Source: a virus
IMG/VR virus record: IMGVR_UViG_3300042882_000890
Location: 32,001-96,000 of that record
Length of the DNA stretch: 64,000 nucleotides
Strand: one strand, 5' to 3'
This document shows, one piece after another, positions 17,158 through 25,380 of the stretch (position 1 is its first letter; each line of letters opens with the position of its first letter). The notes below the pieces were generated by a model. It did not search any database. It was not told the DNA's origin and was given only the letters and a program-made list of their open reading frames with translations. The position numbers and the translations under genes were made by a program.

Positions 17158-17249
17158 TATTTAAGAGTCGAGGCTCAATCCTTTGATTTGAGCACGCTAC
17201 CTCGGACTTTGACAAGTGCCCCCACACGGGGGATTTTTTAAAGAATGTT

Positions 17250-17359
17250 TTGGGTATGTTGAATGGTAAACAAGCACTGTGACCAGTGTGGCATAGAGTT
17301 GAGAGTCCGGATGTCAAAACTCTTATAAGTCCTTGGGGGTTCGAGTCCCTCTACCTAAT
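17250..17359 (+). ncRNA. tRNA-like RNA lacking a canonical anticodon loop
   Basis: acceptor TTGGGTA/TACCTAA, D-loop AATGGTAAA, T-arm GGGGG-TTCGAGT-CCCTC. Confidence 0.65.
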
Positions 17360-17372
17360 CAAAATTATAGAT

Positions 17373-17738
17373 ATGGAAATAGTAGAAAGCGTAGTAAAAA
17401 GAGCTAATAGTTATTTAAGAGATACAGAAGACTGTATAGAATACCCCATACTAAATAAAGATGGCTATGGAGAAATGCAAACTTATTTATTAGGTAAGAA
17501 AAAGCATTATTTGATGCACAGAGTATCTTTCCAAATATTTAGCGGTATAGATATAAGTTCAGATAATATTATTTGTCATAAGTGTGATAACCCTAGTTGT
17601 ATAAACCCTAGACATTTAGTTTTAGGCACTCATTTAGAAAATGTAAAAGATAGGGTTATAAAAAACAGAAGTGCTAAAGGTAAAAATAATGGTAGGTATA
17701 AACATGGTACCTATGTAAAAAATAACCCAAATGGGTAA
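17373..17738 (+). CDS. free-standing HNH homing endonuclease
   Basis: HRVS...CHKCDNPSCINPRHL..GT..EN..D; start at ATG 17373. Confidence 0.88.
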   Translation: MEIVESVVKRANSYLRDTEDCIEYPILNKDGYGEMQTYLLGKKKHYLMHRVSFQIFSGIDISSDNIICHKCDNPSCINPRHLVLGTHLENVKDRVIKNRSAKGKNNGRYKHGTYVKNNPNG

Positions 17739-17740
17739 CA

Positions 17741-17806
17741 GAAAAGTAGTTTGTTGATATATTATTGAAGTTGACCAACACCCGAGTTCGACTCTCGGCA
17801 TCTCCA
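17741..17806 (+). ncRNA. ssrA: tmRNA acceptor piece (3' part of a permuted tmRNA gene)
   Basis: T-arm CCGAG-TTCGACT-CTCGG, acceptor strand CATCTCC, discriminator A; 5' boundary approximate. Confidence 0.8.
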
Positions 17807-17937
17807 CTAATCACTTGGTATTAAGGTGGTTACAGTTTCCTTGAACTATAAACAAGGTGGTGGAGTCACTGAGCAATCAGTTGACCTAAAGGGGCTTTTG
17901 GAAGATTGTGCCACTTTATAAAAAACAATCTATATAA

Positions 17938-18052
17938 GGGGATGACTGGTTTTGATTGGCAATAAGTAGGTAGTAAGGAGAATGTACTTTAAACACAAAC
18001 GGAGACGTTTACCAACTTGGTGGTGTTCAGCTTAGAGCTGTAGCATAACCAC
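17938..18052 (+). ncRNA. ssrA: tmRNA coding piece (5' part of a permuted tmRNA gene), tag GDVYQLGGVQLRAVA*
   Basis: GGGGATG-ACTGGTTTTGA 5' end pairs with 17799-17805 giving G3:U70; tag ORF 18001-18048; 3' boundary approximate. Confidence 0.8.
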
Positions 18053-18080
18053 GCCTGAGGAGAGCGAAATCTCCTCAAAT

Positions 18081-18154
18081 GCCCCCATAGCTCAGTTGGT
18101 CAGAGCAACTGACTCATAATCAGTAGGTCACAGGTTCAAGCCCTGTTGGGGGCA
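18081..18154 (+). tRNA. tRNA with CAT anticodon, probably tRNA-Ile2 (lysidine type); Met not excluded
   Basis: full cloverleaf GCCCCCA...TGGGGGC-A; ACTGA-CTCATAA-TCAGT anticodon arm; CCA not encoded. Confidence 0.92.
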
Positions 18155-18173
18155 CAAACTAAAAACAAATAAT

Positions 18174-18455
18174 ATGATAAAAATTAATGAAAAGTACTCG
18201 ATAAACACATCGGGAGAAGGTTGCTCTTTAGAAGCCAAAGAGATGAAACAAAAAGATGAAGTTATTGACAAAGTAAAAACAGGAAAAAAAGTGGATTTCT
18301 TATCTAAGGAAGTTTATTACTACAGTACTGTTGAACAATGTCTTAACAAAATCTTATCTTTAGAGCTAGAAGACTCTGAGGATATTAAAGGAGTTTTAGC
18401 AAAAATAGAAGAGGTTCGAGTTTTAATAAAAGGTTTAACTAATTTGCGAAAGTAA
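18174..18455 (+). CDS. hypothetical phage protein
   Basis: ORF. Confidence 0.75.
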   Translation: MIKINEKYSINTSGEGCSLEAKEMKQKDEVIDKVKTGKKVDFLSKEVYYYSTVEQCLNKILSLELEDSEDIKGVLAKIEEVRVLIKGLTNLRK

Positions 18456-18474
18456 TTTTATTTTATTACCTTTG
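18443..18474 (+). promoter_or_regulatory. Bacteroidota sigma70-type promoter upstream of nrdB
   Basis: TTTG-N20-TACCTTTG. Confidence 0.75.
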
Positions 18475-18486
18475 CACTTAACATAG

Positions 18487-18519
18487 AGTATCTCTTTTAA
18501 TTAGGGGATACTTTTTTTT
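18487..18519 (+). terminator. intrinsic terminator-like hairpin in the nrdB leader
   Basis: AGTATCTCTT/AGGGGATACT stem followed by a T run. Confidence 0.6.
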
Positions 18520-18544
18520 ACCTTTAATAATTAAAAAATAAACC

Positions 18545-19522
18545 ATGAGCATCTTCGTAGAAAGAAAAAATTACAAGCCATTCGAGTATAATGGCATTAC
18601 AGACCCACTAATCAATGCAATGTGGGCGAGTCATTGGACTCACAACGAATTTAACTTCTTGAATGATATTCAAGACTATAAAACAAAACTAACAGTTGAA
18701 GAACAAGGGGTAATAAAAAGAGCCATTTTGTTGACCTCGCAAGTAGAGGTTGCTGTAAAATCTTATTGGTCTAATATAGGAAAGTTACTTCCTAAACCGG
18801 AGATAGCAGACATGGGTGCTGTTTTTGGTGGAGTTGAAGTTATTCACTCAAAAGCTTACGCAGAGATTTTATCTAAGCTAGGGTTAGAAGACCAGTTTAA
18901 TGATATTTTTAACGAGCCGGTTGTTGTCGGTAGAGTTAACTACTTGTCAAAGTATATCAACAAGATTTATAAAAACGACCACAAGAACATTTGTTACTCT
19001 TTGGTTCTTTTTACATTGTTTACTGAGAACACAGCACTATTCTCTCAGTTTTACACTATCCTAGGTTTTAACAGATTTAGAGGTGTTTTGAAAGATGTTG
19101 CAAATGTTGTTCAATACACATCAAAAGAGGAAAATTTACATGCTGAGGGGGGAATTGCTTTACTTAACCAAATCAGAGCAGAGCACCCAGAATTATTTGA
19201 TTCGGAGTTTACTCAAAAAATCCAAGAAGAGGTACAAGAGGCTTTCATAGCTGAGTCGGACTTGATTGATTGGATTTTGGAAGGGTATCAGAATGAGTTT
19301 TTGTCTCCGGAAATATTGAAAGGGTACATCAAGATTAGATTAAATGATTCTTTGGTAAAAATTGGAATGGAGCCGGCATTTGAGATTGACTCAGAAATAA
19401 GAGAAAAGACACTATGGATGGAAGAAGAGGTTTACGCAAGTGCCTTGACTGACTTCTTTCACAAAAAGCCTATTGACTACTCTAAAAAAATGAAAGTATA
19501 TAACGAAGAAGGATTGTTTTAA
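18545..19522 (+). CDS. nrdB: class I ribonucleotide reductase beta subunit
   Basis: EVIHSKAY, FTE...LFSQF, KEENLH, DFF C-terminal motif. Confidence 0.95.
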   Translation: MSIFVERKNYKPFEYNGITDPLINAMWASHWTHNEFNFLNDIQDYKTKLTVEEQGVIKRAILLTSQVEVAVKSYWSNIGKLLPKPEIADMGAVFGGVEVIHSKAYAEILSKLGLEDQFNDIFNEPVVVGRVNYLSKYINKIYKNDHKNICYSLVLFTLFTENTALFSQFYTILGFNRFRGVLKDVANVVQYTSKEENLHAEGGIALLNQIRAEHPELFDSEFTQKIQEEVQEAFIAESDLIDWILEGYQNEFLSPEILKGYIKIRLNDSLVKIGMEPAFEIDSEIREKTLWMEEEVYASALTDFFHKKPIDYSKKMKVYNEEGLF

Positions 19523-19523
19523 T

Positions 19524-21170
19524 ATGAAAAATTATTATTGGTTAAATGAAGATTCTAGGAAATTCCTAGCAAAAGATTATTTACTTCCGGAAGCTACACC
19601 GGAAGCACGTGTTAGAGAGATTGCAGAAACAGCCGAAAAGATTCTAGGTATACAAGGTTTTGCAGACAAATTTGAAGGGTATATGGCTAGAGGATTTTTC
19701 TCTTTGGCTACACCGGTTTGGATGAACTTTGGGTTAGACCGTGGTTTACCTATTTCTTGTTATGGAATTGACATACAAGACGACACCATGGATATTTTAA
19801 GAGCAAATGCTGAGATTGGTGCCCTCACAAAAATGGGCGGTGGTACTGCCGGTTACTTCGGAAAGTTGAGAGGGCGAGGGGCTCCTATCAGAAACAACGG
19901 AGTTTCTAACGGGGCTGTTAGCTTCTTGTTACCATTCCAAACTACAACAGATGTTATCACCCAAGGACAAGCACGTAGAGGTTACTTTGCGGCTTACTAC
20001 CCAGTAGATGGTGCTGACATCGAGGAGTTCTTACACTGTCGAGAAGAGGGGCACATTATCCAAAATATAGCATTGGGGGTTTGTATCTCAGATGAGTGGA
20101 TGGAAGCGGTGGAAGCCGGAGATAAAGATAAGAGAAAGATTTTAGCTAAGATACACCAAAAGAGAGCTGAGTCAGGTTTTCCTTATATCTTCTTTACTGG
20201 GAATGTTAACAAAAACAAGCCTAAGGTTTACAAAGACAAAGATATGCAGATTAACCACTCTCAGATGTGTACCGAGATTTTAGAATACACAGACGAGTTC
20301 AAGTCTTTTGTTTGCTGTTTATCTTCTATAAACCTTTTACATTGGGACGAGATTGTAGAGACAGATGCTGTTGAAACTTTGGCTTACTTCTTAGATGCAG
20401 TTTACACAGAGTTTATTCAAAAAGCCGAGGGTATTCCTTTTATGGAAAAAGCTTTATTGTTTGCAAAAGAACACAGAAGTATCGGTATTGGAGTTCTAGG
20501 TTGGCATAGTTTATTGCAGTCTAAGTTAATTCCTTTTGAGGGGTTAGAGTCTAAGATGTTGAACGCTGAGATATTCAGAACAATCAACGATAAGAGTTTG
20601 ATTGCTAGTATGCAGTTGGCTACAATGTTTGGAGAGCCAAAAATGTTAGAGGGTTATGGGCAAAGATTTACCACTAGGTTAGCTATTGCCCCTACAACTA
20701 GTTCTTCTTTCATTCTTGGACAAGTTAGTCCGGGAATCGAGCCACTAGAATCTAATTATTTTATCAAGGATTTAGCTAAAGGTAAGTTCGTTTACAGAAA
20801 CCCTTACTTGAAACAGCTACTAAAAGATAAAGGGCAGGACGTTCCGGAAGTATGGAATACAATCCTGTTAAAAGGTGGCTCAGTACAGCACCTAGATTTC
20901 TTAGACGAAAGAGAAAAAGGAGTCTTCAAAACATTTGGTGAGATTAGCCAATTAGAGATTGTACAACAAGCTGCTCAAAGACAAAAATTTATTGACCAAG
21001 GGCAATCATTAAATTTGATGATTCATCCGGATGTACCATTAAAAGAAGTTAACGCTTTGTTTTATGAGGCATGGAAACTTGGTATCAAAACCTTATATTA
21101 TCAACGTAGTGTGAATATGGCTCAGCAAGTCGGAAGAGAACTTATGAACTGTAGTTCGTGTGAAGGGTAA
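19524..21170 (+). CDS. nrdA: class I ribonucleotide reductase alpha subunit (no ATP cone)
   Basis: PISC, MCTEI, VCCLSSINL, AIAPT.SS, KTLYY, C-terminal CSSC. Confidence 0.95.
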   Translation: MKNYYWLNEDSRKFLAKDYLLPEATPEARVREIAETAEKILGIQGFADKFEGYMARGFFSLATPVWMNFGLDRGLPISCYGIDIQDDTMDILRANAEIGALTKMGGGTAGYFGKLRGRGAPIRNNGVSNGAVSFLLPFQTTTDVITQGQARRGYFAAYYPVDGADIEEFLHCREEGHIIQNIALGVCISDEWMEAVEAGDKDKRKILAKIHQKRAESGFPYIFFTGNVNKNKPKVYKDKDMQINHSQMCTEILEYTDEFKSFVCCLSSINLLHWDEIVETDAVETLAYFLDAVYTEFIQKAEGIPFMEKALLFAKEHRSIGIGVLGWHSLLQSKLIPFEGLESKMLNAEIFRTINDKSLIASMQLATMFGEPKMLEGYGQRFTTRLAIAPTTSSSFILGQVSPGIEPLESNYFIKDLAKGKFVYRNPYLKQLLKDKGQDVPEVWNTILLKGGSVQHLDFLDEREKGVFKTFGEISQLEIVQQAAQRQKFIDQGQSLNLMIHPDVPLKEVNALFYEAWKLGIKTLYYQRSVNMAQQVGRELMNCSSCEG

Positions 21171-21195
21171 TTAGTTGTTATGTTATTTTTAGTTT

Positions 21196-21221
21196 AAGCC
21201 CTCCAGAAATGGGGGGTTTTT
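21196..21221 (+). terminator. intrinsic terminator
   Basis: AAGCCCTCCA-GAAA-TGGGGGGTTT hairpin with T run. Confidence 0.75.
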
Positions 21222-21248
21222 GTTTAATTAAAAAAAGTTTAACTTTTA

Positions 21249-21280
21249 TTTGCACATGTTAAATATTCTCCATATCTTTG
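21249..21280 (+). promoter_or_regulatory. Bacteroidota sigma70-type promoter
   Basis: TTTG-N20-TATCTTTG. Confidence 0.8.
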
Positions 21281-21307
21281 CAAAGTAAAATTGAAACATT
21301 AAAAATT

Positions 21308-21511
21308 ATGAAGATAGTATTGCTTTTATTAGGAGTTGTAACATTGTCTTGCTCTTCTGTTGAAGAAAGGATAAAAGACCACTCTTACACAAACGAATGG
21401 TACCAATTAAATACCGAAATGTACCAAGTGTACAAAACAAGAACCGGTAAAAAGTACATCACAGTGCTTAACGATAAACAAACTAATTTAAAACGTAAAT
21501 ACATTAACTAA
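21308..21511 (+). CDS. small lipoprotein
   Basis: MKIVLLLLGVVTLS-C lipobox; start at ATG 21308. Confidence 0.65.
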   Translation: MKIVLLLLGVVTLSCSSVEERIKDHSYTNEWYQLNTEMYQVYKTRTGKKYITVLNDKQTNLKRKYIN

Positions 21512-21512
21512 T

Positions 21513-21935
21513 ATGCACATAATAACAGTATGCCCAAGATGTAATGAGGATTTTATGTACCACGCTTCAGACAGTCATCTATTCAGAGATGAAACTATAG
21601 TTGATGAAGTTGGTAATAACGAGGTAGTAGAAACAGTTATCTGCCAAGACTGTTGCCAAAAAGAGGTAGTAAAAATTATAGAAGAGTCTAAAAGAGAAGT
21701 GTACTTAGTAAACGCCAATGAAGTTGTTGATACTAGAAACCCTCTTCTTATAGACGAATCTGGACATTGGAATTTCCCAAGACCCAAGATGTATAGTGAA
21801 GAAGAGGTTATTGAACTATTACAAAAAGCACTTACACATAGAGATGATAGAGAAACAGGTAGTTTAGTTACAGCACAAGGGGAAATAAGAACAGCTAACT
21901 TTTTTAGTTGGTTTGAGCGATTTAAAAAGAAATAA
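21513..21935 (+). CDS. zinc-finger protein fused to a MYSEEEV...FKKK module
   Basis: CPRC...CQDC; C-terminal module shared with 13314. Confidence 0.7.
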   Translation: MHIITVCPRCNEDFMYHASDSHLFRDETIVDEVGNNEVVETVICQDCCQKEVVKIIEESKREVYLVNANEVVDTRNPLLIDESGHWNFPRPKMYSEEEVIELLQKALTHRDDRETGSLVTAQGEIRTANFFSWFERFKKK

Positions 21936-21939
21936 CTAT

Positions 21940-22299
21940 ATGATTGGATTAAAATATTCAACTAGGATTGTAATAATACTCAAGAATGTAGTTATCAAAA
22001 TACCTATAAGCAGAAGAGGTTATCTACAAGGAATCAACGAAAAAAAGATTTGGGATAAATATAAAAATATTACATCATTAGCAGAACTAAAATGGATGTT
22101 TATGGGTATAGTCTGTCAAAAGAGATATGATGGTATTCAATCAATACCAAACAGTGTTGTTAAACTTAACAAATCATTAATGCGTGAATTTGATTTTGAG
22201 AACTGTGATTTATACAATCCTGAAAACTGGGGAATTGATGGTAAAAAATATATTTTACTTGATTATGGTATTAATGAACACATTGCAAGTTTATACTAA
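21940..22299 (+). CDS. miniature protein-kinase-like protein
   Basis: VVIKIP (beta3 Lys), NE (alphaC Glu), DLYNPENWG (catalytic loop), LLDYG (DFG-like). Confidence 0.65.
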   Translation: MIGLKYSTRIVIILKNVVIKIPISRRGYLQGINEKKIWDKYKNITSLAELKWMFMGIVCQKRYDGIQSIPNSVVKLNKSLMREFDFENCDLYNPENWGIDGKKYILLDYGINEHIASLY

Positions 22300-22706
22300 A
22301 ACAACTTAAAAAGAAATAACCTTTAACAACAAGATAAACCCTAAAATTTGGGGTTTATGTAATAACAAAAAGTAATATGAAATTTGAAACGTGGTTAGAC
22401 GAAAATTACCCATACAGAAACAGAAACTACAAACAAGAGACACTGTATGCTAAGAGCAAGTATGATGAAACGTATTTAAAAAATGAATTATTAGAAATAT
22501 ACAACGAATTATGAAGTACTTATTAATATGGGCGGCTTATGAGTTTATCAGACCAAAAATGATTTGGTTGTTTTATTATCTAATTAGAAAAGGAGAGAGA
22601 TAAAAAAGGGTTATGAGTGATAAAGAAGAAAAAGTACCCTACTACAAATGGTGCTACGGAAAGTTTATCCTAGTAGGGTATGTAACAAAAGATAAAAAAT
22701 AAAATT

Positions 22707-23267
22707 ATGTACAGATTTAATCGAGAAAAGTTAGCTTACGAAAAAGTTAACGTCAGGAAGTATATCGGGATGATAATGCTTTCTTTTTTAGCAGTCCTAG
22801 TTTTGAGCTCTTTTATTTTAAAAGAAGTAGTTGTAGTTCACGCAGAAAAAGAAGTGGTATTAAAGACTAATGACAGTTTCTCTAAAGAAAAGCTGTTCTT
22901 GGAAATAGACAAGTATTCTTTCAAATACCCCGATATTATTAAGGCACAGGCTTTAGTGGAAAGTGGGCATTTCAAATCACCAGTTTTCAAGCAAAACAGT
23001 AATATGTTTGGTATGAAACAAGCCATGGTTAGAGTGACAACCGCACAAGGCTCAAACTTGAACCATGCCTATTATACCAACTGGAAAGATTGTGTTATTG
23101 ACAGGGCTTTGTATGAAGCTAGGTTCCTATCAAAACTGACTAAAGAAGAATACTTTTCATACTTAGACCAAACTTATGCTGAGGGAAAAGGTTACAGCAA
23201 TCTATTAAAGCAAGTAATTCAAAAAAACAATTTAAGTAGTGATACAGCAGAAGAAAAAGTTTTGTAA
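22707..23267 (+). CDS. GH73-like glucosaminidase with N-terminal TM segment
   Basis: AQALVESG, NMFGMK, Y..W.DCV, YAE. Confidence 0.75.
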   Translation: MYRFNREKLAYEKVNVRKYIGMIMLSFLAVLVLSSFILKEVVVVHAEKEVVLKTNDSFSKEKLFLEIDKYSFKYPDIIKAQALVESGHFKSPVFKQNSNMFGMKQAMVRVTTAQGSNLNHAYYTNWKDCVIDRALYEARFLSKLTKEEYFSYLDQTYAEGKGYSNLLKQVIQKNNLSSDTAEEKVL

Positions 23268-23766
23268 GAACTGCCAGACAGAGCAATATATTTTCTCAAA
23301 AGGTAGGTGCCAAAGATGTGCTACTATTGAAGACAGCAAGCCCATATCTAGGGGTTCCACTATTAAGAAGCAGACCGATAAAAACAAGGCAAATCGCAAA
23401 TCGCAATTTGCGATACGAGAAGTGTACTTTGACTATCATATACGTAATTGTAGGAGTTCAGAGCATAGTGGTGCCATTATTTTTTACCCTACTAGAGCAA
23501 ATTGCTGTCATCTTTTTGATAAAGCCCGGCACCCAAGCGTACAAGGTAATTTGATAAACTGTGTTTACTTGACTCTGGATGAGCATACCAAGTTTGACCA
23601 GTTGTTGTACAGTCACGAGTTTGATAAGTTGGAAGAAGAGTTCCCAAATGCTTGGAAAATTGCTAGTAGTAGAATGGTGTTATTATTACCGGAAGTAAAA
23701 GAAGAAACTAAATTTAAAAATAAGTTTGAAGAATGGATACAATTAAAACAGTTAGAGATAGACTAA
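23239..23766 (+). CDS. Cys-rich HNH/NinG-like nuclease
   Basis: CKNC...CQRC; CCHL..K..HPS...N...L...EH..FD. Confidence 0.55.
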   Translation: MIQQKKKFCKNCQTEQYIFSKGRCQRCATIEDSKPISRGSTIKKQTDKNKANRKSQFAIREVYFDYHIRNCRSSEHSGAIIFYPTRANCCHLFDKARHPSVQGNLINCVYLTLDEHTKFDQLLYSHEFDKLEEEFPNAWKIASSRMVLLLPEVKEETKFKNKFEEWIQLKQLEID

Positions 23767-23879
23767 ATCATGTGAAGTCCGACTTATCTCAACTATTACA
23801 GCCAAAGATGGGTAAGAGTTATTTTGATAACCAAAGAATCTTTACTCTGGAGCAAGAAAAAAAAGTTTTAGAAGAAAAG

Positions 23880-23911
23880 CTTGCAGAACTAAAAAACAAT
23901 TCGTAACTTTG
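23880..23911 (+). promoter_or_regulatory. Bacteroidota sigma70-type promoter
   Basis: CTTG-N20-TAACTTTG. Confidence 0.75.
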
Positions 23912-23924
23912 CAAAAAAATAATT

Positions 23925-24161
23925 ATGATAGGGACAGTAAAAAAAGACAAAGAAGGTAACTTTATAGTAGTTTACCACAAAGAGTGCATAGAAGATTCAG
24001 ATGCTGTAGTAAGAGTTTCTTGTAATCTAATGCCTAGTTATAAGTATTGCAAATTTGAAGATGGCGAAACTATAGAGTTTGAGCTATTGGAGTTTGTACA
24101 AAAGGACGGTAGTTTTGATATCTATGCTAAGCCTTATTTTGATAACTTTAGTAGGATGTAA
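23925..24161 (+). CDS. hypothetical protein
   Basis: ORF after promoter. Confidence 0.65.
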   Translation: MIGTVKKDKEGNFIVVYHKECIEDSDAVVRVSCNLMPSYKYCKFEDGETIEFELLEFVQKDGSFDIYAKPYFDNFSRM

Positions 24162-24165
24162 TATT

Positions 24166-24621
24166 ATGAAAGAACAGCAAAAAAAGCATCTAATCGAGAT
24201 GATGCAACAGGACGAAGAGTTGGGGTTGTACGAAGAAATCAAATTAGAAGATGTCTTCAACGATGGTAAAAGAGAGAATATTAAAAAGTTTATTGATGAA
24301 ATAAATAATTCTCCCGAACCAAATCAAGCACTTAAAGATGCTGCTGAAAAATATGCTGAAATTTATAGATGTCCAGCAACAAATTCGGATGAGTATTGCA
24401 GACACGATATTATATCAGCAATAAATTTTGGTATTAAGTTGCAACAAGAACAAGACAGATGGAAAACAGTCTTTGAAGAAATACCACCAAGCAATATCGA
24501 GCTATTAGCTGAAAGTCCTGATGGAGTTATTCACTTAACAGACTGGAGAGCAGGATATCAAATCTTCTCTTGCCAAGCTAAGTCAGAGTCAACTGATGGT
24601 TGGAAATGGAAAATAATTTAA
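24166..24621 (+). CDS. modular hypothetical protein (LKDAAEKY / GIKLQQEQD)
   Basis: start at ATG 24166; ends in the junction repeat. Confidence 0.7.
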   Translation: MKEQQKKHLIEMMQQDEELGLYEEIKLEDVFNDGKRENIKKFIDEINNSPEPNQALKDAAEKYAEIYRCPATNSDEYCRHDIISAINFGIKLQQEQDRWKTVFEEIPPSNIELLAESPDGVIHLTDWRAGYQIFSCQAKSESTDGWKWKII

Positions 24622-24632
24622 AAAGAAATAAT

Positions 24633-24839
24633 ATGAAACCTTGGATAACAACAAAAATACAAAACCACTGTGAGCAAGTCATAGAAATAACAGCAGATGA
24701 ATCATTTTCTTCAATCGAGTTTTCTTTTTCAGAAGCAGATGGTACCCACATGACAAACCCTCTTTATATTAATAAAGATGAACTTCCGGTGCTTATACAA
24801 AAATTACAAGAAATGATGGAGTACGTAACAACTAAATAA
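24633..24839 (+). CDS. hypothetical protein
   Basis: ATG directly after the junction repeat. Confidence 0.6.
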   Translation: MKPWITTKIQNHCEQVIEITADESFSSIEFSFSEADGTHMTNPLYINKDELPVLIQKLQEMMEYVTTK

Positions 24840-24840
24840 A

Positions 24841-25137
24841 ATGAAAATAGTAATATCAGAGCATTGTTTTGGCAATGACGTTTATGTTGATGGTGTAGAT
24901 TTAACAGAGGCAGAAGAGGGATTGTTTGACCCCCAAAAACAGAAGGACTGTCGTGGGGCTATTCTTCTTGAAATTATGCAGAATATGGATAATATCTCGG
25001 CATACCATTGGAATGAATTAGTACAAATGGCAGTAGAAAATAATCCAAGATACCAATTAAACGCAGAAGAAAGTTCTAGTGAAGTTTGTGAGCAATGTGG
25101 GAATTGGAACAGTAGCACAGTATATGACAAAATATGA
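24841..25137 (+). CDS. hypothetical protein
   Basis: coupled ORF. Confidence 0.65.
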   Translation: MKIVISEHCFGNDVYVDGVDLTEAEEGLFDPQKQKDCRGAILLEIMQNMDNISAYHWNELVQMAVENNPRYQLNAEESSSEVCEQCGNWNSSTVYDKI

Positions 25138-25379
25138 GAGATAGTTTAAAACTTTTCACAACAGGGTTTGTGCAGGTATTTTTTGTAGCGGTTAACACTT
25201 ACTTTCTGAGTAAAAGCTTTTTTGTGGGGGTGTTTATATGTGGGTTTATGATTTCATTTATATGGAGTTGGAATGTTAAAAAAGTTGCATTTGGAACAAT
25301 GCACGATAGAATAGCTTACGCAAGTGGAGCCGGATTTGGTTCCTTAATAGGATTAATAATTTCAAAATTTATAATTTAA
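25134..25379 (+). CDS. small multi-pass membrane protein
   Basis: three hydrophobic segments. Confidence 0.7.
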   Translation: MRDSLKLFTTGFVQVFFVAVNTYFLSKSFFVGVFICGFMISFIWSWNVKKVAFGTMHDRIAYASGAGFGSLIGLIISKFII

Positions 25380-25380
25380 T

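Noticed and set aside
16920-17317. Minus-strand ORFs 16920-17135 and 17135-17317
   Set aside because: Shadows of the + strand lipoprotein gene and structured RNAs.
17250-17359. Functional tRNA-His(GTG) or tRNA-Ser(TGA)
   Set aside because: No register gives a 5-bp stem closing a 7-nt anticodon loop.
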